A DNA stretch of 64,000 nt from Nitrospira sp. (lineage in GTDB: Bacteria > Nitrospirota > Nitrospiria > Nitrospirales > Nitrospiraceae). The DNA is taken from positions 832,001 to 896,000 of the forward strand of contig AP038806.1 in the NCBI GenBank assembly GCA_047150005.1, in the 5' to 3' direction. The position numbers and the translations under genes were made by a program. Each line of letters begins with the position of its first letter. The first letter of the stretch is position 1. Below are positions 59,020 to 64,000 of this stretch, in pieces. The notes beneath the pieces were generated by a model. The model searched no databases. It was not told the DNA's origin and saw only the letters and a list, made by a program, of their open reading frames with translations.

Positions 59020-60078
59020 CTACAAGGAAACATTCCAGCTACAAGTGAACGTCGCGTCACCCAGCGGGTTGTTCCAAATCCATGTGACCCCGGTCGCCTG
59101 TTTCGTTGAGCCGTTCGACGCCGGAACGACGAACGAGGTACCCGATGAAAACAGATGCTGTGGCTGCGCGAATGCACTCACCGTCGCCGACATCCTCGGA
59201 TCGGGCCGCAATGGATTCAGCAAGTGTCCCGTATAGGGCACCGTGGTAGAGAATGACGGCGTCGTTGTTAGCCGAAAAGCGGATTGTCCCGTCGCAGGGT
59301 TTGTGCCCAAGGGCGCTTGCCAAGTCTCCATGCGCGTGGCCGTCCCGCCCCACGTGCCACGCCACTGTCCGCCCGCCCCTGTCTGATCCATGAATCCGCT
59401 GACGCTCATCGTGTATCGAAATTGATAAGTCTTCATCGTCGGCGTCGACGAGATCGTCGCCACTTTCTCCCAGCGGTGCAACTCGACGCCGTTGTAAGTT
59501 CCCGCAGCGCCTCCCGTCGTCATGTAGGTTCCTTGCGCCTTGACGAGACACTGGCCTCCATCCGTGGGTGCGGGCGGCGTCGCGCCAGCGAGCGAGAGGC
59601 TGTTAGCCCATTCCCCGCCGCATACCTCGTTTGGATTGCCCGCGCACCCGAGGTTGCAGCTTCGCGGCGGGGAGGCCAAGGCGGCTTCGCCGTACTTTCC
59701 GAAAGTGTTGCCGCAGAAACAGGAGCCGCCGTACTGCGTCGCGGCAAAGGCGAATCCATACTGTGCGCACGAGCTGCGGCAGGCTTGATTCGTCATGCGC
59801 GTGTAGTCGTTGATCCACGAACCGGCGAGATCGCGACTCGCCGCGTCGGCCATGCAGGCGAACGCGCCACCGGTGATTGCCGGTTGTTGAACGAGCGGCG
59901 GCGGTGGCGCCACCACTGGCGGACGAAGAACTTTGGGCGGCTGCTTCGCTGGAGCTTCAGATGGTGGTGGCGGGGTTACCGCCGCCTCAGCAGCGGCCGG
60001 TGCGAGCGCGCCGGTGACGACGGCCAGATACACGATCGCAACCGCCGTGAGCTCGCGGTACCACATGGATGTTTTCAC
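59020..60078 (-). CDS. Exported WSC-domain protein
   Basis: GTG 60078 after AGGAGG; signal ending AEA; CMAD..SRDL...MTNQACRSSC..YGFAFAATQYGGSCFCGN...CNLGCAGNPNEVCGG.WANS. Confidence 0.88.
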   Translation of the reverse strand: MKTSMWYRELTAVAIVYLAVVTGALAPAAAEAAVTPPPPSEAPAKQPPKVLRPPVVAPPPPLVQQPAITGGAFACMADAASRDLAGSWINDYTRMTNQACRSSCAQYGFAFAATQYGGSCFCGNTFGKYGEAALASPPRSCNLGCAGNPNEVCGGEWANSLSLAGATPPAPTDGGQCLVKAQGTYMTTGGAAGTYNGVELHRWEKVATISSTPTMKTYQFRYTMSVSGFMDQTGAGGQWRGTWGGTATRMETWQAPLGTNPATGQSAFRLTTTPSFSTTVPYTGHLLNPLRPDPRMSATVSAFAQPQHLFSSGTSFVVPASNGSTKQATGVTWIWNNPLGDATFTCSWNVSL

Positions 60079-60312
60079 GGTGTCCCCTCCTGTAAGTACT
60101 TTGGGTGTGTCGCACCGACCGCGCCTTCGGACGGTGTTGCTTCCTGAGATAACTCCCCGCCGGCCGCGTGAATGACTCCAGGCCAGATCAGCAATCCTAC
60201 GAACGCGACTCCCATTAGCCATCCGCATGAAGACTGTCGCATACTGGTGCTCCTCTTACCCGTCTGTCGGTCCATCTTCGAAAAGGTTCGATACATCGGG
60301 GCTCGTGTCCGC

Positions 60313-63300
60313 TCAATACACCGCGAAGTCGTTCTCCAAATTCTCTCTCCTCACCGTCGGATTCTGGCCGCCTTCCGTGAGCTTGCGCACTTGCTCGATC
60401 ACGTAGGCTTGCAGTTCGCTCACGGTGATGGTTCGGTCTTTATTGGCATCGGCGATGTGGTTTTTGAGTCCGTTCAACAACGCATAGGTAAAGACGCCGT
60501 TCTTCCACTGTTCCCCTTCCAGGCTGTATTCATTGCCGCTTGAGCTGGAAATGACCGCCGCGCCCGTGCCGCGCCGCAGATCGGCGAACCAGTCCTGCTG
60601 GAACTTCACGATGTCGCTGGAAAGATGCGGCTCAGCCGGTGCGTTCTCCTGTGGGTCGCCCGCGGCAGCGACCAAGGTGACGCCCCGGGCCGCCTTGAAC
60701 GACCGCATCTTTACGGCACCGGAGCCGCCCGCGTCGGCGTTGGCCACGAGCACCGGCTGATCCTTTTCGATTTCTCCTGAAAAGCAGGTATCGAGCAGGA
60801 GCATCTTCTGCAGCGCCGGTATCCCGTCGAGCAGGAGTTCAAACTCTTCATAGGGCAAGCCGTTCGCGGCCGGCTGTTTGGGATCGATGTCGTGCGTGCC
60901 GAAATAGTAATTCGACTGTTCATCGGTCATCCCATGCCCGGCGGCGAAGACGATCACCAGGTCGTTGATCCTGGATCGCTTGAGCCAATCCTTGGCTTTC
61001 AGAATTTCCGGTCTGGTCGCCTTGTCGTTCGTCAAGTCCAACAGATGGACTTTCCCCTTGACACCGGGACGCTCCTCGACCGATTTGTACAGAGCCAGCA
61101 GGTCATTCGCATCCTTGGCCGCGTAGCGCAGATTATAGGCGCGATTCTTGTATTCGCTGACGCCGATACCCACAAGATAGACGTCGGGCGGAGTCACCTC
61201 GGCCGTGGATGTCGTATAGACCGTTTCCCGCAGCGACTCGGTCCCCTGCTGATTCAATACGGAAACCTGGATCTTGTTGCGACCTGGGACGAGCGGAACC
61301 TGGATCTCCTGCTCGTAGGTCCGCGCGGCCCTGTCGCCAATCGGCACACCGGACGTGCCATGTACCGGCACGTCGTTGACGTACACCTGAAACCGATCGA
61401 GCGCGTATTTGCTGTCGCGGGCCTTGACGCGGATCGGCAAGGTCGCTCGGTTGACCGAGACCGGGACGTCGCCGCCCTGAATGTGAAGCTCCGGCAGATG
61501 AAAATCGATGCCGAGCGCCAGGTCGCTGAGCCCCATTTTCTTGAGCCGTTTTTCATAGGCGAGCCGATAGCTCCTGACGAGCTCTTGGGACGCCATGCCC
61601 AGACGCTCCAGCACGATATCGGGCCGGTTGAACCGCAAATCGAACTGCTCGAAGGGGTACAACTGGTCTTTGAAGCGAAAGGCGACGCCCTTGATCCGGC
61701 TCTTGGACGCCCGATAGTACTGATCCGGCGTCACCGCGACGAAATCCTCGCGCCCGAGCGCAATGAGCGAAGCGACCTCCTTGCCCGAGCGCAGGTTCCA
61801 CAGGCGAATGGCGCCGTCTCCGCCGGCGCTCACGATGAACCGACCATCAGGGTTGAACACGAGGGAACTGACCGCTCCGGTGTGTCCGACCAATTGGAGG
61901 ACCTCCTGACCCGTTACTACATTCCACACCTTGATGATCTGTCCGTGGCCTCTCGCAGCCAACCGGCCGTCCGGGCTGAACGCCGCGCCTCTTCCGCCGA
62001 TGTTCAACTCCAGGTTTTCGGTAAAGCTCATTGGATCGAACTGAGCCCCCTGCATCTTCTTCGGCGGGCGCACCTTCTTCCCCGTCGCGACCTCCCAGGC
62101 CGTCTTGCCTCGCACGCCGTCGGTTGCCAGGAATTTCCCATCGGGACTGAATGCCAGGCTCGTCGCGCCGTGGGCCCCGTCTCCGAATGCCTCAAACAAT
62201 TCCGTGGGGTCATCCAACGTCATGATCTCGCCCTGCGGCATAGCCATCGAGCGAGAAGGCGCCCCCAGACCGAAGGGCAGCAATGATTTGAGACTGCTTG
62301 CCTCTTCAAGCATCTGCTGATGCTGTTCCTCACGCCGACGCTGCTGCTGCGCTCTGGCTTGCATGGGACTCACGTCGCGAAACTCAAGGACCAGTTTGCC
62401 GCTTTGCAGATCCCACAAGCTGGTGCTCTCCGATCGTCCGAGGGCGACGAGCCGGCCGTTCGGGTGGACGGCGAGGGCTCGAATCCATTGAGCCGATTCC
62501 TTCATTCGCTCCATGGTCTGCCGATCGAATGAGGGCTGTTTCGGGGTCTGTGCCTCCATCATGGCGCGCGTTTTTGGATCCATGCCTTCGTAGGCTGCCG
62601 GTGGGTTCTCCGGATAGGCGAGCCCTTTGAGCGATTCGTTTGGCAGCGCAATCCGACGGAGTTCTCTGCCGGAGGAGAGGTCCGCAACCACCACCTGATT
62701 GCCGCGACCGATGACGATCGTGCGGTCGTCTCGTGCGATACGGACATAGACCGGTGTAAACCGGTCGGGCGGAAGCGGCTGTGCCAGCGCATTGAGTTGC
62801 CTGCCGGTGGCGAGATCCCACAGCCATGCCGAACCATTCACACAACCGGTGGCCAACAGTGAACCGGCGCGGCTGACGGCGACGGAGGACACGGCCATCC
62901 CGTCGGGGCAATCAAAGGTGCGGAGCAGTTGCCCAGTGGGAAGATCCCAAAGCTTGGCGCTTCCCCCATGCATGCCGGCTACGATCGATTGTCCGTCTGC
63001 CGTCAATGCCAGATCGGACACTTCGCTCGCGCCGCCGGCCAATCGCGTCTCGTTCCCGCTCGCCGCCTCCTGCAGATAGGGCGCGCCACCGCTCGCTGCG
63101 CCGATCACCCAGGTCGTGCCGTCCGGACTGAAGTTGAGCGACGTGGCCTCGAATTCTCGGACCCTCCGCCCGGAGGGGAACCCGAACAACTTGGCCGTGC
63201 CGTCGCCTTTTCCGATCGCGAGGATCTTTCCATCCGGGCTGAACGTGAGGGACTGGGTCATGCCCATCCCCTTCATCCTCCCTTCTCCCAATGGGATCGC

Positions 63301-64000
63301 CACGGCAGGCCTACCCGTCTCCAGATCCAGCACGCGAAGCGATCGCTCGACAGGCTGTTCCATCGCAAGATAGCGTCCGTCCGGGCTCAGTGCTCCGCCG
63401 ATACCGTCCGACGTCGGCGTAAAAGGCCACGAACGCCGCAGCTGCTTTGCCGGTACATCCCAGACAAGCAACTCTTGCTTCATGGTCGGGACGGACGGTT
63501 CGCCACTGAAGAAGCCGCCCAATCCAATCATTGAACCGAGTGATGAACCGATGGTCGCCAAGACTCCCGCGGAAGAGTACCCCGCGTCGGTCCGGACTGT
63601 GACCAAGGTCTTGCCGTCCCGGCTGAACGCGAGCGGCTGTTGCATGGCTGAGTCAGGGATCGTCCAGACGGTTCGACCTGTGCCGAGATCGATGACCGAC
63701 AACGACCGGTTTCCGCCGAGCGGCTGACGGTCGATTGATTTCGGATCAGCCGCTTCCCCTATGGCCGCAAAGCGAGCGTTCGCGCTCACGGCTCCTCTGC
63801 CGTCCAACCCCGACCCTCCCGTGCGGATTTCCCGTCCTGACGCCACATCGAAGACTTTGACCGCTCCGGTCATCTCATGAGTCACCACCTGCGCGCTGTC
63901 TTCGCTGAAGGTCACAAAGTCCGCTCCCTGGCCGAATCCGCCGAATCCCGTAAAATTCCGGACCTCCTGTCCGCTTGTGACATCCCAGATCTTGACGGTA
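60313..64000 (-). CDS. WD40-repeat protein with C-terminal caspase-family (C14) domain (5' end outside window)
   Basis: Many FSPDG/LWD repeats; GIGVSEY, FAAGHG, LDTCFSG, NGVFTYALL; the frame stays open to the window edge (TVKIWDVTSGQEVR). Confidence 0.92.
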   Translation of the reverse strand, partial: TVKIWDVTSGQEVRNFTGFGGFGQGADFVTFSEDSAQVVTHEMTGAVKVFDVASGREIRTGGSGLDGRGAVSANARFAAIGEAADPKSIDRQPLGGNRSLSVIDLGTGRTVWTIPDSAMQQPLAFSRDGKTLVTVRTDAGYSSAGVLATIGSSLGSMIGLGGFFSGEPSVPTMKQELLVWDVPAKQLRRSWPFTPTSDGIGGALSPDGRYLAMEQPVERSLRVLDLETGRPAVAIPLGEGRMKGMGMTQSLTFSPDGKILAIGKGDGTAKLFGFPSGRRVREFEATSLNFSPDGTTWVIGAASGGAPYLQEAASGNETRLAGGASEVSDLALTADGQSIVAGMHGGSAKLWDLPTGQLLRTFDCPDGMAVSSVAVSRAGSLLATGCVNGSAWLWDLATGRQLNALAQPLPPDRFTPVYVRIARDDRTIVIGRGNQVVVADLSSGRELRRIALPNESLKGLAYPENPPAAYEGMDPKTRAMMEAQTPKQPSFDRQTMERMKESAQWIRALAVHPNGRLVALGRSESTSLWDLQSGKLVLEFRDVSPMQARAQQQRRREEQHQQMLEEASSLKSLLPFGLGAPSRSMAMPQGEIMTLDDPTELFEAFGDGAHGATSLAFSPDGKFLATDGVRGKTAWEVATGKKVRPPKKMQGAQFDPMSFTENLELNIGGRGAAFSPDGRLAARGHGQIIKVWNVVTGQEVLQLVGHTGAVSSLVFNPDGRFIVSAGGDGAIRLWNLRSGKEVASLIALGREDFVAVTPDQYYRASKSRIKGVAFRFKDQLYPFEQFDLRFNRPDIVLERLGMASQELVRSYRLAYEKRLKKMGLSDLALGIDFHLPELHIQGGDVPVSVNRATLPIRVKARDSKYALDRFQVYVNDVPVHGTSGVPIGDRAARTYEQEIQVPLVPGRNKIQVSVLNQQGTESLRETVYTTSTAEVTPPDVYLVGIGVSEYKNRAYNLRYAAKDANDLLALYKSVEERPGVKGKVHLLDLTNDKATRPEILKAKDWLKRSRINDLVIVFAAGHGMTDEQSNYYFGTHDIDPKQPAANGLPYEEFELLLDGIPALQKMLLLDTCFSGEIEKDQPVLVANADAGGSGAVKMRSFKAARGVTLVAAAGDPQENAPAEPHLSSDIVKFQQDWFADLRRGTGAAVISSSSGNEYSLEGEQWKNGVFTYALLNGLKNHIADANKDRTITVSELQAYVIEQVRKLTEGGQNPTVRRENLENDFAVY

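Larger units (their letters stand above)
58622..60564. repeat. Imperfect 252-bp direct repeat (58622-58873 and 60313-60564) flanking the WSC gene
   Basis: Manual alignment gives about 29 mismatches in 252 bp, mostly synonymous. Confidence 0.9.

Noticed and set aside
43768..64000. CRISPR-associated or CBASS/Avs-type caspase defence locus
   Set aside because: No cas, cyclase, STAND NTPase or gasdermin-like gene recognised, and two caspases are predicted exported. Genes beyond 64000 are unseen.
1..64000. tRNA, rRNA or CRISPR array
   Set aside because: No cloverleaf, rRNA-like segment or regularly spaced repeat seen by eye.

Overview
GC-rich bacterial window; the gene families suggest Nitrospira (inference, not searched). 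Bases 1-43.6 kb hold envelope, redox and stress genes: MlaE, MscS/MscK, cydAB, an ECF-sigma/anti-sigma/Spy cassette in front of mdtABC, a Tat flavoprotein plus intradiol dioxygenase, NDH-2, GT2, a TMTC-like protein, DacA, GH63 and OxyR. This part also has three pseudogene remnants, two paralogous 32-aa membrane peptides absent from the ORF track that share a sigma54-type promoter, and an IS30 inserted into a REP-like palindrome. Bases 43.7-64 kb form an accessory island. It carries three caspase-family (C14) proteases with intact His/Cys dyads (two predicted exported), a stand-alone copy of a caspase small-subunit region, and a run of exported proteins: three paralogues, two diheme cytochrome fusions, a WSC protein and a signal-bearing tail-collar protein. 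Five of these carry a recurrent [VI]-x-[STP]-R-[GA] motif at domain boundaries. The best candidate for a new system is extracytoplasmic Arg-specific caspase processing of these co-encoded proteins. No rRNA, tRNA or CRISPR array was seen. All family calls come from motif recognition by eye.
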